A DNA stretch of 64,000 nt from Camelus dromedarius. Taxonomy: Eukaryota. Positions 1-13,300 of the stretch are shown piece after piece; the stretch's first letter is position 1, and every line of letters starts with the position of its first letter. Position numbers and translations under genes: made by a program. The stretch covers positions 36,830,001 to 36,894,000 of the forward strand of contig NC_087437.1 in assembly GCF_036321535.1 (NCBI RefSeq). Direction: 5' to 3'. The notes under the pieces are model-generated. The model saw only the letters and a list, made by a program, of their open reading frames with translations, did not search any database and had not been told where the DNA came from.

Positions 1-466
1 AGGAATGAATAGCAGACTAAGTGATATAGATGCACACTTAAGTGAACTGGAAGATAGAATACTGGAAATCACCCAATCAGAGCAGCAAAAAGAATAACAA
101 ACTTTAAAAATGAGAGCAGCTTAAGAGATCTTTGGGCTAACATGAAACTTACCAGCATTGACATTATAGAGGTCCGAGAAGAAGAGATCGAGAAAGGGGT
201 CAAAATATATTTGATGAAATTATGGCTGAAACTTCCCAAACAAAGAAGGAAACATATATCTAGGTACAGGAAACACACAGGGTCCTAAAGAAGATTAACC
301 CAAATAGACCCACACCAAGACATATCATAATTAAATTGGCAAAAGTTAAAGACAGAATTTTAAAGGCAGTAAGGGAAAAGCAGAGTGCTATGCTAGGGAA
401 ACCCCATAAGTCTGTCAGCTGATTTTTCTGCAGAAACATTACAAGCCAGAAAGATGCAGAAGACAC

Positions 467-500
<34 letters not shown>

Positions 501-830
501 TATATATATATATAAATAAATATATATATATAGACACACACACACACACATACACATACACAAATATACAGAAGAGAAGCTGGTGGATACTAGTGGTGAG
601 AGGGAGGAGGAGAGGGGGAAGATAAGGATAGAGGATTAAGAGATACAAACTCCTATGTATAAAATATATAAGCAACAAGGATATACTTTACAGCACAGGA
701 ATATATAGTCATTATTTTGTAATAACTTTAAAGGGAGTGAAATCTATAAAAATATTGAATCACTGTGCTATAAATCTGAAACTAATACAGCATTGTAAAT
801 CAAGTATACTTTAAGACAAATAATAATAAT
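1..830 (+). mobile_element. Degenerate L1: ORF1 fragment (1-~452) joined through a microsatellite to an L1 3'UTR (~560-830); ORF2 absent
   Basis: + strand translates to ORF1-like ELEDRILEITQSEQQK...SLRDLW...SADFSAETLQAR; after the (TG)/(TA)/(CA) block comes typical L1 3'UTR (tatgtataaaatatataagcaacaaggatatactttacagcacagg...tatactt). Confidence 0.8.
468..562. repeat. Compound (TG)n-(TA)n-(CA)n microsatellite forming an inverted repeat
   Basis: 483-513 is the exact reverse complement of 520-550, with a 6-nt loop. Confidence 0.95.
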
Positions 831-1599
831 TTTGAAATTTAACAAAACAAATAATTTGGCCATTAATTGAGTTGTCTTTTTATTGTTGAGATGTAATAGT
901 TCTAGTTTTTTCCCCCTGTTCTATGGGTTGTCTTTTCACTCTGAATAGTCTCTGTTGAGGTGCAAAAGTTTTAAATTTTACGTCTAATTTTTTTTTTCAC
1001 TTGTCCTTAGTTTCATATCTAAGAAACTATCCAATCCCAAGGTCATAAAGATTTCTACCTGTGTTTTCTCCTAAGAATTTCATAGTTTTAACTTTCATGT
1101 GTTACTCTTTGATACATTTTATCACATCAAACTCTCATTTCACTTCTTAACCTGTTCCTGTAACTCTACATTTAAACTTACTGTTAAAATTAACACATTA
1201 TGATGCAACATTTCAAAGACGATGAGTTTACCAGAATGTGCAGTCTCTTCTACAACCATAAGTAATTCTTCAGTATCACATTTATTGTTTGAGAAATGCC
1301 ATATACCATTTACCTTAGTATGCATGTGTACATAAGTATGTATTATATATTGATTTGCCAGATAATATGCTAGTATTATATTACTATTCTAGTTAAAGGA
1401 GATATTTTATATCTATATTGTCAAAAATGTTCACTTTAGCTCCACGTTTTATTTAAGATCATGTCAAATTTTACTTTGCTCTCTTAGTGGACTGTGACTA
1501 CTTAATTTTTTTTCTTTTCTTTTCTTTTTTTCTTCTTTTTTATTGAGGTATCTGATTGACTTTCTTTTTTCCTTGTTGATGATAAAAATTTAACCCTTC

Positions 1600-2170
1600 C
1601 CTGTAGTATCAAGATTATCATCCATTTGCTCAGGTCAAAACCTTAGAGTCATCTTTGATTCTTCATTTTTCCTTATCTCACACATGAAATTTGTCAATAA
1701 ATCCAATAAATCCCATTGATTCTACTTTCAAAATGTGTTCAGAGTCCATCCATGTGTGATTTGAATGGATTCCATATCTATAACTTTTTATCTAGCCTGT
1801 ACTATTGTAAAAGTTTTCTAAATGGTCTTACTGCCATCTGTCTACTATCTATGCCCACTCTATTTATAATACAATATTCAGAGGGGTTTTTCTTTGAAAA
1901 GAAGACAGGATATGTCACCCATTGGATCAAACTCCACTTTTTGTCTTGTGTCTTGTTCAGAGTGAAACTAGAAGACTTTATGTTGATCTAAATGACTTTT
2001 ATTAGCTGTACTCTGCTACTTCTCTGATCTCTTCTCTTCCCCTCTGCCCCATTCTCACTCCATCTAGCCACACTTGCCTCATTATTTTGTTTGAGTATAC
2101 TAAGTTAGTTCCTAAAATGATACCTTTACAGCTGCTTGTCCTTCTGCCTAGAATGTTCTTCCCACCAAAT
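1600..2170 (+). mobile_element. L2 (LINE-2) fossil, interrupted by Tigger1 and resuming at ~4320-4470
   Basis: L2-like text: tgctcaggtcaaaaccttagagtcatctttgattc, tcactccatctagccacac, ccttctgcctagaatgttctt; L2 3' end at 4370-4460. Confidence 0.65.
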
Positions 2171-2178
2171 ACCCAATA

Positions 2179-4250
2179 TAAGCATACTTTGCAGATATTG
2201 GGGGTTGGGTTCCAGATCACCTCAATAAAGTAAATATCACAATAAAGCTAGTCACACAAATCTTTTGGTTTCTCAGTGCATATAAAAGTTATATTTCCAC
2301 TATGCTGTAGTCTATTAAGTGTGCAATAACATTATGTCTAAAAAATAATGCACATACCTTAATTTAAAATTTATTTATTGGTAAAAAATACTAACTATTA
2401 TCTGAACCTTCAGTGAGCTATAATCTTTTTGGCAGTGGAGGGTCTTACCTCCATATTGATGGCTGCTGACTGATCAGGGTGGTGGTTGATGAACATTGGG
2501 GTGACTGTCTCAATTTCTTAATATAAGACAGCACTGAAGTCTGCCACGTCAATTGACTCATTTGTGAATGACTTCTCTGTAACGTGCAATGATGTTTGAC
2601 AGCATTTTACCCACAGTATAACTTTTTTTTTTCAAAATTGGAGTCAATTCTCTCAAACTCTGCTGCTGCTTTATCATCTAAGTTTATGTGATATTCTAAA
2701 TCCTTTGTTGTCATTTCCACAAGCTCCATAGCATCTGCACCAGGAGTAGAGCACATCTCAAGACACCGCTTTCTTTGCTCATGCGTGAGAAGCAACTCCT
2801 CATCCATTAAAGTTTAATCATAAGACGGCAGCAATTCAATCACATCTTTAAGTTCCACTTCTACATTCTACTTCTCTTGCTATTTCCATCATATGTTCAG
2901 TTACTTCCTCCACTGAAGTTTTGAAATCCTCAAAGTCATCTGTGAGGGTTGGAATCAACTTCTTTCAAACTCCTATTACTGTTGATATTTTGACTCCTTT
3001 CTGTGAATCACAAATGTTCTTAATGGCTCTAGAATGGTGAATCCTTCACCAAGGTGAAGTTTTTCAGCTTACTTTGGCCACATCCATCAGAGGAACCACT
3101 ATTGATGGTGGCTATAGTCTTACAAGATGTGTTTCTTAAATAATAATACTTGAAAGTTGAAATTTCTCCTTGCTCCATGTATTGCAGAATGAATGTTATG
3201 TTAGCAGGAATGAAAACAGCATTAACTGTGTTCATCAGAGCTCTTGGGAGAGCAGGTGCATTATCTAAGGAATCTTTTTTTTGAGCAGAAAGTCTGAACA
3301 GTGGGCTAAAAATATTCAGTAAACCACATTGTAAACAGATATGCTGTCATCCAAGCTTTGTTCTTCTGTTTATATAGCACACATAGACTGGATTTAGCAT
3401 AATTCTTAAGGGCATTAGGATTTTTGGAGTGGTAAGTGAGCATTGGCTTCAACTTAAAGTCTCCAGCTGCATTAGCTCCTAACAAAAGAGTCAGCCTGTC
3501 CTGAAGCCAGACATTGACTTATCCTCTCCAGTTATAAAAGTCCTAGATGGCCTCTTCTTCCAATATCAAGCCGTTTTGTTTACACTATGTATCTGTTGTT
3601 TACTGTAGCCACCTTCATTAATTATGTCAGCTAGACCTTCTGGATAACTTGCTGCTGATTCTACAACAGCACTTGCTGCTTCACCTTGCACTTTTGTGTT
3701 ATCGGGTGGCTTCTTTCCTGAAACCTCATGAACAAACCTCTGCTAGTTTCAAACTTTTCTTCTGCAGCTTCCTCACCATTTTCAATCTTCATAAAATTGA
3801 AGGGTGTTAAGGCTTTGCTTTAGCTTAGGCTTTGGTTTAAGGGAATATTGTGGCTGATTTGATTTTCTATCCATACCACTGAAACTTTCTCCATATCGGC
3901 AATAAAGCTGTTTAGTTTTCTTGTCATTCCTGTGTTCACTGGAGTAGCACTTTTAATTTCCTTCCAGAATTTTTCCTTTGCATTTACAACTTGGTTAACT
4001 GTTTGGCACAAGAGGACTAAGTTTCAACCTATTTGGCTTTTTATATGCCTTCCTCACTAAGCGTAATTATTTCTGACTTTTGACTTTAAGTTAGATACAT
4101 GTGACTCTTCCTTTCGCTTGAACATTTAGAGGCCATTTTAGAGTTGTTAATTGGCCCAATTTCATTACTGTTGTGTTTCTGAAATATTGTGAGGATTACA
4201 AAAATGTGACACAAAGACATGAAGTGAGCAAATGCTGTTGGAAAATGGTG
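2179..4250 (-). mobile_element. Tigger1 DNA transposon (TcMar-Tigger) with decayed transposase; one end truncated
   Basis: Tigger1 terminus taagcatactttgcagatattgggggttgggttccagatcac after a TA; minus-strand fragments 2607-2807 (MDEELLL...[28 protein letters not shown]), 3029-3235 and 3820-4011 ([19 protein letters not shown]) match Tigger1 transposase. Confidence 0.93.
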
Positions 4251-6204
4251 TTTTTTTAAAAAAAATTTATTTGCCTATTTTTCTTATTCCAATTTATTAC
4301 TTCACGTTCCTTCTATGACTGTTAAACAGATTTTATATTCACCTGCTTGCATTTGTGGTCCCCTTGCCTCATTAGAATATGAGTTCCAAGAGTGCAGATA
4401 CTATATTCATTCACTGCTTTATACCCAGGGCCTACACTGGATACCTAGTTGAGGCTTAAGAATTAGTTAGAATGGAAGAATTATCTATTCCCTCAATCAT
4501 ACAATTGATAAAAATTAATTTCATTTTTGCCCAAAGACATAGTCTTTAAATTTTTTTTTTTAAGTTTCTATCTGTATTCTACTCAAAGCCTGCTACATTG
4601 CTTTTATATTTACAATTCTTTTTATTGTGTTCCTGGGAAAGAAATCTGGTTTCCGTATCTCATATTTTTCTGTTTTTCTTCATTTTACCTTCTCAGATTC
4701 CTTTTCATTTAGTGAAATATGGAAGAAAAATTGTGTGTATTCCATTACCTTAAGCCAACATCTTCAGGTTTTCACTCTCAGTTTAAATCAAAAGGCATTT
4801 ATTGAAGCCAGTTTTGGTTTTTACTCATGTTAAGGAATGTCACTAAGAATATAAATAATATATATATATTAGCTTGCAATTGTTAAATACAAATATTTAT
4901 TAAAATTACTGATTTTGATACATGGCATGAGTCCATCATGATCTAGTTCCTGAAAAATTAAATGGCTTAATGACTCTGTTTTATTTGGAAATATCACTTA
5001 TTTGATTGACTATTTCTATAATCATTTTAAAATAAGTAATATATGTCTTAAAAGTACACTTTTATAATAACATAATTTTCCATGCTATTTCAAAATAAAT
5101 TCATCATTCAATTGATAAACAATCAGGATTGAAGACAGATTTTAGCTGGCAACCTGTGCATGCTGTGTTGTGCAGGGTGGTTGTATTTTGAGGCTGATTT
5201 TTCTCATATATATTTTCTACTTCTGGTGCTACTGAGTGAATTCAATTAGGTAATGTATTTGAAAATGTACCACAGAGTCCAGCAGTTTATAGGCAATCAA
5301 TGAATGACAATTCTTTCTCTTTTTTTTCCCACAAATCTCTATCAAGTGTCATGTTTTTAATTGCACTAATGTTGCTCTAGTGACTCTAACATTCAAATAT
5401 TGTATTTTCACATGAAACTATTATGCTATCACTGGTATATTTTTAATCTATCTTTATAATACCAAGCTCTCTATAATTACTAAAGAACTTTTTTCTTAAT
5501 ATTTATGGAAGCAATTTTATTTATCTTCTGTTCTAAATAGGGGTAGAGGAAAACAAAAATCTCTTTGCTTATAGAAACATGATGTCTTATGAAGGTTGAT
5601 TGAAGCATTTAAGAAAATTACTTTCCCACATTAAAGAAGGTGTTTATATAACAATCTGACTATTAACTACCAGGCATAGTAATTTCATCACTCCACCAGC
5701 TGTTCACATTTAATATTTGCATAATAGAATGAAAAGTTTCTATAGACTAATAAGATCTAGATTTTTATTCCTATTCCATGTGGACACACTTTTATCAAAA
5801 TGATCACTTCTTTCATGATCTTTCTTTTGGGTCTAATTTACTTTTCTTTTGTAGTTATATGATGAGAACATACATTTTTTCCTACAAGTTAGGTCTGTTA
5901 GGTATTATAAAAGCATATCAAGTTTTATCTTACTGATACAAAAATGAAGACTATTTGATTGAAAAACTGATAAATACTCAGCAAACTACAAAACAGTTTG
6001 TGCTTTATGGTTTACATAAGGTGTTCATATTTCTAACGGTGTATTGAACATGCTATCTTCTTTGAAATGGCAATCAAATTACTTGTTTGCCCTGAATACA
6101 TACTCTTATGTATTTGTTTTTGATATACATCTATAAATTGTAATGGGAAATAAATTCTAGCATGCTTACTCTTCATGTGACTTAGTTGAAACTAGTTGTG
6201 AACA

Positions 6205-6310
6205 TGTGTATATGTGTGTGTGTGTATATATACACATATACAAACATATATGTGAGAGTTTGTGTATGCATATGTATACATATACGTGTATATATATACA
6301 TGTACATATC
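6205..6310. repeat. Degenerate (TA/TG/CA)n microsatellite
   Basis: Alternating purine-pyrimidine run. Confidence 0.8.
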
Positions 6311-6979
6311 CTTAAACATACATGAATTTTACACCTACTATATATTTACTATAAACCCATTTGAGCTGTGAAAGAAAAAATATGATGCTCAGAACAAACC
6401 TGCAATTAAAATTTAAATACTGACTCGGTTATTAAATTTTTAATCATTGATCTATTAAGAAAATGAGGCCAAAAAAGGTGAAAGTGGAAGGCCTACGAAC
6501 TGGTAAAATGTAAATGTCTGTTTTACCCTGGCTGTACTGATGGATCTTCATCATATTAAAGTGATGAATTTATGGGAGTTGATAAAATCTGAAGGCTAGC
6601 CCAAGTGAAAAGGCTAGCAGGACATTCCAGAATAAAGAAGGAACTCAAAAAAAGATATACTTTAATTTTATGTGTAAAAAGAAGGCATCAGCAAGCAACT
6701 TGCTTACCTTGACCTTAAAACTGAGTTGAAGGGGAACAATTCTCCACTAAGAATCCATAATCATATGCTGGCTCTTGCAAAAGTTTCATCTCCACATCAC
6801 ATCACCCAGGGTGGGAGGTCGTGGAATGTGGAATCCATGCAGATTGTTTTAATTTAGCATGATCTAAAGTAGTTTCTGTTTTCTATTTGTCTGGCAGAGG
6901 AGAAGGTAAATACTTCTGGGGTGAAAAATTTCAACTCAGCTGTGAATATTTTTATGAATTAATAATTCAATGAAAAGTG

Positions 6980-9900
6980 ATAAAGCACAAAGGAAGAGCG
7001 TCAAGAGGCTGAGCTAGAATAAACACAAGTGTGAGCTGAATAAGGGCCCAAAATACTTCTAATAATGGCATTATGAGACACAGAAAAAATATTACTTAGT
7101 TTGTCACAAGAGAGAATTAATGGAATTGAATATATGAGAAATATGAGCAGTCTTTAAAAATAATCAAGACATTTTGAAAAGTTAGAACTTTTAGAACTTA
7201 AAAATTTAGCAACTGAAAATAAAAATTCAATGAATGAGTTAAACCACATGTTAGACCAAGCTGAAGAGCTAGCTTATCATTTATATGTTAGCTGTGAAAT
7301 AATGGACCAGAATGCAGTTCAGAGAAACAAAGAAATAGAAAATGTGAAAGATTAAGACATATAACAATCAGAATAAAAAGATGTAACTTCTATTTTATTA
7401 ACTTTCCAGAAAGATATCATGGAGAATTGTGAGAGAAAATAATTAAAGCAATAATAATTGCCTAATAATGGCAGTTATGTAAAGCTCAAAGAAATCAAGA
7501 TACATAAATAAATCTGTAGCTAGATATACAATAGTGAAGATGAAGAACACAAAAACCATAGAAAGTCTCTTAAAAAATAATATTTACCAAAAAAAAAAAA
7601 TTTAGATTCATGGCTGATTTCTCAATAACAACCAAGGGGAGCCAGAAGTACATAATATGCTTTCAGTAGGTTGGCTTCCTAGGTTTAGATATTTTGTGAA
7701 ATCATTTATGACTATTGGTAAAATAGTTCCATTAAAGACTGAGAAGCTTATATTCATACTAATCCTCTGCTCATAACAATTACAAACTCTGGACAAAATA
7801 AAATAACTATTTGAAAACAACTAAATACATGTTTGGTTTTCATGTAATTCTGTCTGTAAACTTACAAACCTTTGAAACATCACATACACGTGGCAGAGAT
7901 AGTAAAGTTTGACACACTACACATCAATAACAACTACACTACTATTTTTTCCACATGCTGTACAATCTCAGTAACTGGGATGGTGAATTGAGGGCATTGC
8001 TTATTAAATTTTAGGTCCCATCTTCCTTTTAGAAATACCTATATCCCAAATATTATAGTTTAAGATTTTACAGACAAAAGCTTCCAGGTATATAATATTG
8101 CCCATCGATCCTGTTCATGGGTGACACAGAGCTATTCTGTTATCAGTCCAATACCAGCAATTTCACCACTGAGGAGGCCTTAGAGAAGGTGGGAAGGTGA
8201 CATAACACGAACCAGAAAGATGTTAGAGAATAACAGACACTACAGTCTAGTGATATCCTGTCATTACTTGGGTTTACCAGAGTCTTTCGCACTACTGTAG
8301 CCTAGTCTTCTAAATTCCCAGTAAGTGTCCCTAACTGTCTTCCAGAATCAAAAGTAAATCTTTCCTGGAAAAACCTCAAATTATCTCTATAATTTTTCAA
8401 TTTTTCAGATAATAATTTTTCAGATCATCACACAAACATGACTATACCTATTTTGCAATCATTTTGTAATGTACAGAAATACTGAATCACTATGTTGTGC
8501 TCCAGAAAGTAACATAGTGTTGTAGGTCATTTATACTTCAAAAACAAACAAACTCATAGAAAAATAGATCAGATCTGTGGTTACCAGAGTTGAGGTGGGG
8601 GAAAGGGGACTGGATCGAGGTAATTAAAAGGTACAACTTACAGTTATAAGATACTGGGGATGTAATGTATGATATGATAAATATAATTAAGATTGCTGTA
8701 TGTTACATATATGACAGTTATTGAGAGTAAATTCTAAGAGTTTTCATCACAAGGAAAAGTTTTTTTCTTTTTCTTTGTATAAGATGATGGATGTGCATTA
8801 AACTTACTGTGGTAGTCATTTCATGACATACATAAGTCAAATTATTATGCTGTACACCTAATACTTATACAGTGCTGTATGTCAATTATATTTAAGTAAA
8901 GCTAGAAAGAATTTTTTTTAAATTAAAAACTTAAAAGCAATCAGAGCTCCTTTGAGAAAATTAAATAGAAATGTTAGAACTGAAAACTGCAATAACTAAA
9001 ATTAAGAATTTAAAATATGAATTTAACAACACGTCAGAGTTGGCAGAGGAGAGGATTAGTAAACTAAAAATAGATCATTAGAAAATATTTTAAGTAAAAA
9101 GAGAGGGAGGAATACTGGGGGGAAGGAACAGGAGTTATATATAGGACACTATGAAAATACCTAACAATTTAATTGAAGATCTAGAAGGAAAGAAGATACA
9201 AAATGTTGCAAAAGCAATATATGAAAATATGTAAATAACTGTTTTCCAAAATTGATTAAAACATCAGCCATATATGGAAGAAGCAAATTTCAAGCTTTAG
9301 CTTCTTCTCAAAATTAATACAGAGAAAACAACATCTAGAAATATCATAGAACAGCCAAGAGCAAACAACTGAGATGGCAAAGGCAGGAACCAGAGAAGGA
9401 AAATCAAATATCCAGTGAAGGTGTAATTCAAATTAAAGCATTATAGAGACATTTTAGAACCAAAAAGGAGGAGGAGGAAGGGGAGAGGATGGAGGAGGGG
9501 GAGAGGATGGAGGAGGGGGAGGGGAGAGGAAGAAGAAGGAAACAAAGAAAGAGAAGAAACCTGACAAAAATAGCAAAAGAAAAAAGAAAAGAAAAGAATT
9601 TAAGAGCAGAAACGAATGAAATAGGGGAAGAAAACAATAAAGAGAATGAAGACAGTCAAACTTGGTTCTTTGAAAACACTAATATTTTGATAAAGATGCA
9701 GGAAAACTGAGAAAACATAGAAGAAAAATAGAAAATAGAAGAGAGAATACAGAATATTTATGTTTTCACTGTTATTAATTTTAAAAGAGACATGCCCTAC
9801 TAAAAATAGTTATGAGAAATATTATGAACATTTTTGCCTATAAACTTGAAACTTCCATGAAATAAACAAATTCTCAGATAAATTCCTACATGTGTAAAAA
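6980..9900 (+). mobile_element. Old L1M fossils (ORF1-like and ORF2-like pieces) with younger L1 3'-end fragments at ~8445-8915
   Basis: A-rich coiled-coil-like ORF1 remnants (aattcaatgaatgagttaaaccacatgttagaccaagctgaagag), ORF2 remnant ttggttctttgaaaacactaat, L1 3'UTR aaactcatagaaaaatagatcagatctgtggttaccagag. Confidence 0.6.
9466..9545. repeat. Purine-rich tandem repeat, 18-bp unit GGAGGAGGGGGAGAGGAT
   Basis: Seen directly; about 2.5 copies inside a GA-rich tract. Confidence 0.85.
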
Positions 9901-9943
9901 CTTTGATAAAATCTAACATTTATTTATGATACAAACTCTACCT

Positions 9944-10130
9944 TAAGGGTCAGAAAAATCTTTCTGTAGGGTCATGATAATAAATGTTTTGTTTTGTTTT
10001 GTAGGCCATACAGTTTGTCACAACTGTTCAATCCTGAGACTGTAAAACAGCCCAGACAGTATGCAAACAGTCACTGTTATGTTCCAGTATGACGTTATTT
10101 ATGAAAACAGGCCATAGTTTGCTGAACCTG
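9944..10130 (+). mobile_element. MER58-like hAT-Charlie MITE
   Basis: Termini taagggtcag...gctgaacctg; internal ggccatacagtttgtcacaact and ggccatagtttgctg; degenerate 8-bp TSD ctctacct/ctctaaat. Confidence 0.75.
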
Positions 10131-10647
10131 CTCTAAATAATTATGAATTGTAGGGAGTTATGTTAATCAGATAAATGGTATCTATTAAAAACAGCAAATA
10201 TCATATTTAACCATGAATAATTGAAAGCTTTCTTCCTTGAGATAGTTAAAAAAGACAAGAAGGCTCACTTTCACACTTTTATGTAACCTTTACAGGAGCC
10301 TTATACATGTGCTGTCCAATTACAGTAGTTACTAGACACACATGGTTATACCTATTTAAATTTAATTTAAAACAGAGTAAATATAAAGAGTAAAATGATC
10401 ACCTTTATTACCAGTTAAAGCTAAGTTGGAAGACATAGCTTAGTAGAAGAGCCTGCTAACTGAATTCCAGATTTAGTCTGGCTCATGCAGAGATGAATCA
10501 GACTAAGCCTCTGAATGCTTTACAACATAGAGACTTTTAAGAGAAAACTTAGCCTTTATAGGCAGTGTGCACCTAAGAAGCAAAGACCTGAGTAGATTAT
10601 ACACGTTATTTTAATATACCTACCATGAAGAGTAGTCATTATATCTC

Positions 10648-11012
10648 TGTATTAGTCTATTTGGGCTACTATAACAAAATACAACAGACTGGGTGGCTTA
10701 TAAACAACAGAAACTTATTCTGACAGTTCAGGAAGCTGGAAAGTCTAAGATCAGAGCACCAGCATGGCCTGGTTCTGGTGAAGGCCCTCTTCTGGGTTGT
10801 GGGATGCCAATTTTTTGCTGTGTCCTCATGTGGTGGAAGAGCCTGAGGAGCTCTTCCGGGTCTCTTTTATAAGGGCACTAAACTCATTCATGAGAGTTCT
10901 ACCCTAGTGACCTAATCACCTCCCAAAGACCCACATCTTAATACCATTACCTTAGGGAGTTAGGATTTCAATATATGAGTTTTAGAGAAATACAAACATT
11001 CAGACCATAGCA
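10648..11012 (-). mobile_element. MaLR solo LTR (MLT1A-like)
   Basis: TG...CA termini; gggctactataacaaaatacaacagactgggtggcttataaacaacagaaa...aaacattcagaccatagca; 5-bp TSD atctc/acctc (4/5). Confidence 0.88.
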
Positions 11013-11039
11013 ACCTCCCTCATATTGAATGAGTTATAA

Positions 11040-11592
11040 TAATTGAGAATGCCCAAGCCTTGCTTTATAGGAAGGAAATTTCAGAAAAGGAAAAAGGTAA
11101 TACCCCTTAATAAAATGGTCCTCACATACCCACTCTGGATCTAGATAATACTTTTAGCAGAAGCCATCAGTGGCCCACCATACTTTCATGGCACTTAACT
11201 TGTCCACCCAAGGTAGCCTGCTACTACCTGTTTTCCTGAAGACTTTTTTTGACTATTGTTCAGGGAAATCTAAGCATGGTGAATGTAACTCCCCTTGGAG
11301 TAGCCCTCCACCAAGGAATGACAGTAGGAGATAGAGTGAGACTTCCAACTCCTTTTGTTTCTCAGCCATTTAACCATGAGAATTTTACCCGGTCCTCTAG
11401 AGTGTCCAGTGTGGTTATTCTCCACTTGTCTATAGGGTAACTTGATAGATAACTGACCTTTTATTGTTTTCCATCATTTACCTGTTTCATTTTCCAATCC
11501 TATGACAGCATGTTCTGAGATTTCTTCCCAAATAAACTTCTTGCATTCAAATTATTTTCCCTTGTCACCTGAGGGAATTCAAACCAAGACAA
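11040..11592. mobile_element. ERVL-class remnant (internal fragment plus LTR16-like end)
   Basis: Ends with aataaacttcttgcattcaaat...gggaattcaaaccaagaca, resembling the LTR16-family 3' terminus. Confidence 0.45.
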
Positions 11593-12124
11593 AGTTTTAG
11601 CTTCCCTATCACAATCTCCCATGTTAGCAGTTTTCTTTATCAACTGGTCAATTTCTTCCTTCATAATCAGTTGACCTCACTGGTATCTCCAGCTGATTTT
11701 TATTTGCATCAACCTCCTTTTAAATTTGTTCCCTTTTTTATCTACTTTGAATTATATGGTTCATCATTTCAATTACTCTTGCTGACATGCTAAACTTTTT
11801 ACCCCCATTTCCATTTCTCTCTTAATCCAGCAAAATGTCAACACTGGATCATTTTAGCTACTCTTCTTCATTATGTCAAATAATATTCAGGCTGCTGCTC
11901 CTTGCAGAAGAAATTCACATGATTAGGAGACTTGGTTACATTAAGTTTGACACTTCAAATAGACCCAAATGCACTGTCCAGCACTCAAATATTTCCATAG
12001 TAAACCCACTCTCCAAACATTTACAAGGTCAATTAAACCATCCCTACTCTCAAAACACTCAGAGCCCCCACTTCCCACACACATACAATCTCTCACTCTC
12101 ACAGCATAACCAGCCACATTAATA

Positions 12125-13300
12125 TAACCCTCTAATCTTTGACAAAAGAATGGGAGCAATATAATGAAACAAAGGTAGTTTTTTCAAGAAATGGTGCTAC
12201 AACACATGGACATGCACATGGAAAAAAAGTGAATCTAGACATGACCTAATGCTTTCTATATAAACTACTTTAAATGGATCATAGACCTAAATGAAAATGC
12301 AAACCATAAAACTCTTAGAAAACAACAAAAGAGAAAACTTAGATGGCCTTGGGTATGATGGTGCCTTTTTAGTTATGACATCAAAGGCATAATCCATGAA
12401 AAGATGTTCAATATCATACATCATTAGGTAATTTCAAATTGAAACACTGAGCTATCACTATATACCTGGTAGAAGGATCACAGTCCAAATGTTGGTAACA
12501 CCAAATGTTGACAAGTATGTGGTGTAGTAGAGTAACAGGAACTTTTCATTCTCTGCTGGTCATACATTTAGGAAGATAGCTTGGAAGCTTCTTATAAAAC
12601 TTAACATATTTTTACTATACAGTCCAGCAATCACGCTCCTTGATGTTTATCCAAAGGACCTGAAAACATGTTCACACAAAACTTGCACCCAGATATTTGT
12701 ATCAGTTTTATTAATAATTTTTTAAAACAATGCAATCAAGATGTCTTTCAGTAGACAAATTAATAAAAAATTGTGATACAACCAGGTAGTGCAATGGTAT
12801 TCAGCACTAAAAGGAAATGAGCTATCAAGCCATGAAAAGTCATGATGGAACTCTAAATACATATTACTAAGTGAAAGAATCCAATCTGAAAGGTTAGATA
12901 CTGTGTGATTCACTATATGACATTATGGAAAAGGTAAAACTATGGGGACACTAAAAAGGTCAGTGGTTGCCAGTGGTTAGCAGCGAGGGAGGGTTGAATA
13001 GGCAGCGCACAGAGAATTTTTAGGGTGGCAAAACTATTCTATAAATAGTGAATACATGTCATTATACATTTGTCAGAACTCAACACTGAGAGTGAACTCT
13101 AATGCAAACTATGGACTTTAGGTGACAAGGATGTATCAGTGTTGGTTCATGTATTGTAACAAATGGACCACTGTACTCAGGATGTTGATAGCAGGAGAGG
13201 TTGTGTATGTGCGGACAGAAGATATATGGGAACTCTGTACTTTTCACATAATTTTGCTGTGAATAAAACTGCTCAAAAATAAAGTTTATTAATTAAAAAT
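12125..13300 (+). mobile_element. L1MC-type 3' fragment (end of ORF2 and 3'UTR)
   Basis: ctaatctttgacaaaag, aaatggatcatagacctaaa, ccagcaatcacgctcctt, gagtgaactctaatgcaaactatggactt. Confidence 0.85.

Noticed and set aside
1140..1325. 61-aa minus-strand ORF (MHTKVNGIWH...)
   Set aside because: No recognisable family, splice context or supporting neighbours
2607..4011. Transposase ORF fragments as a possible domesticated Tigger gene
   Set aside because: Multiple stops and frameshifts; ordinary Tigger1 fossil
9428..9710. E/K/R-rich and S/F-rich ORFs
   Set aside because: Translations of a GA-rich simple repeat inside an L1 fossil
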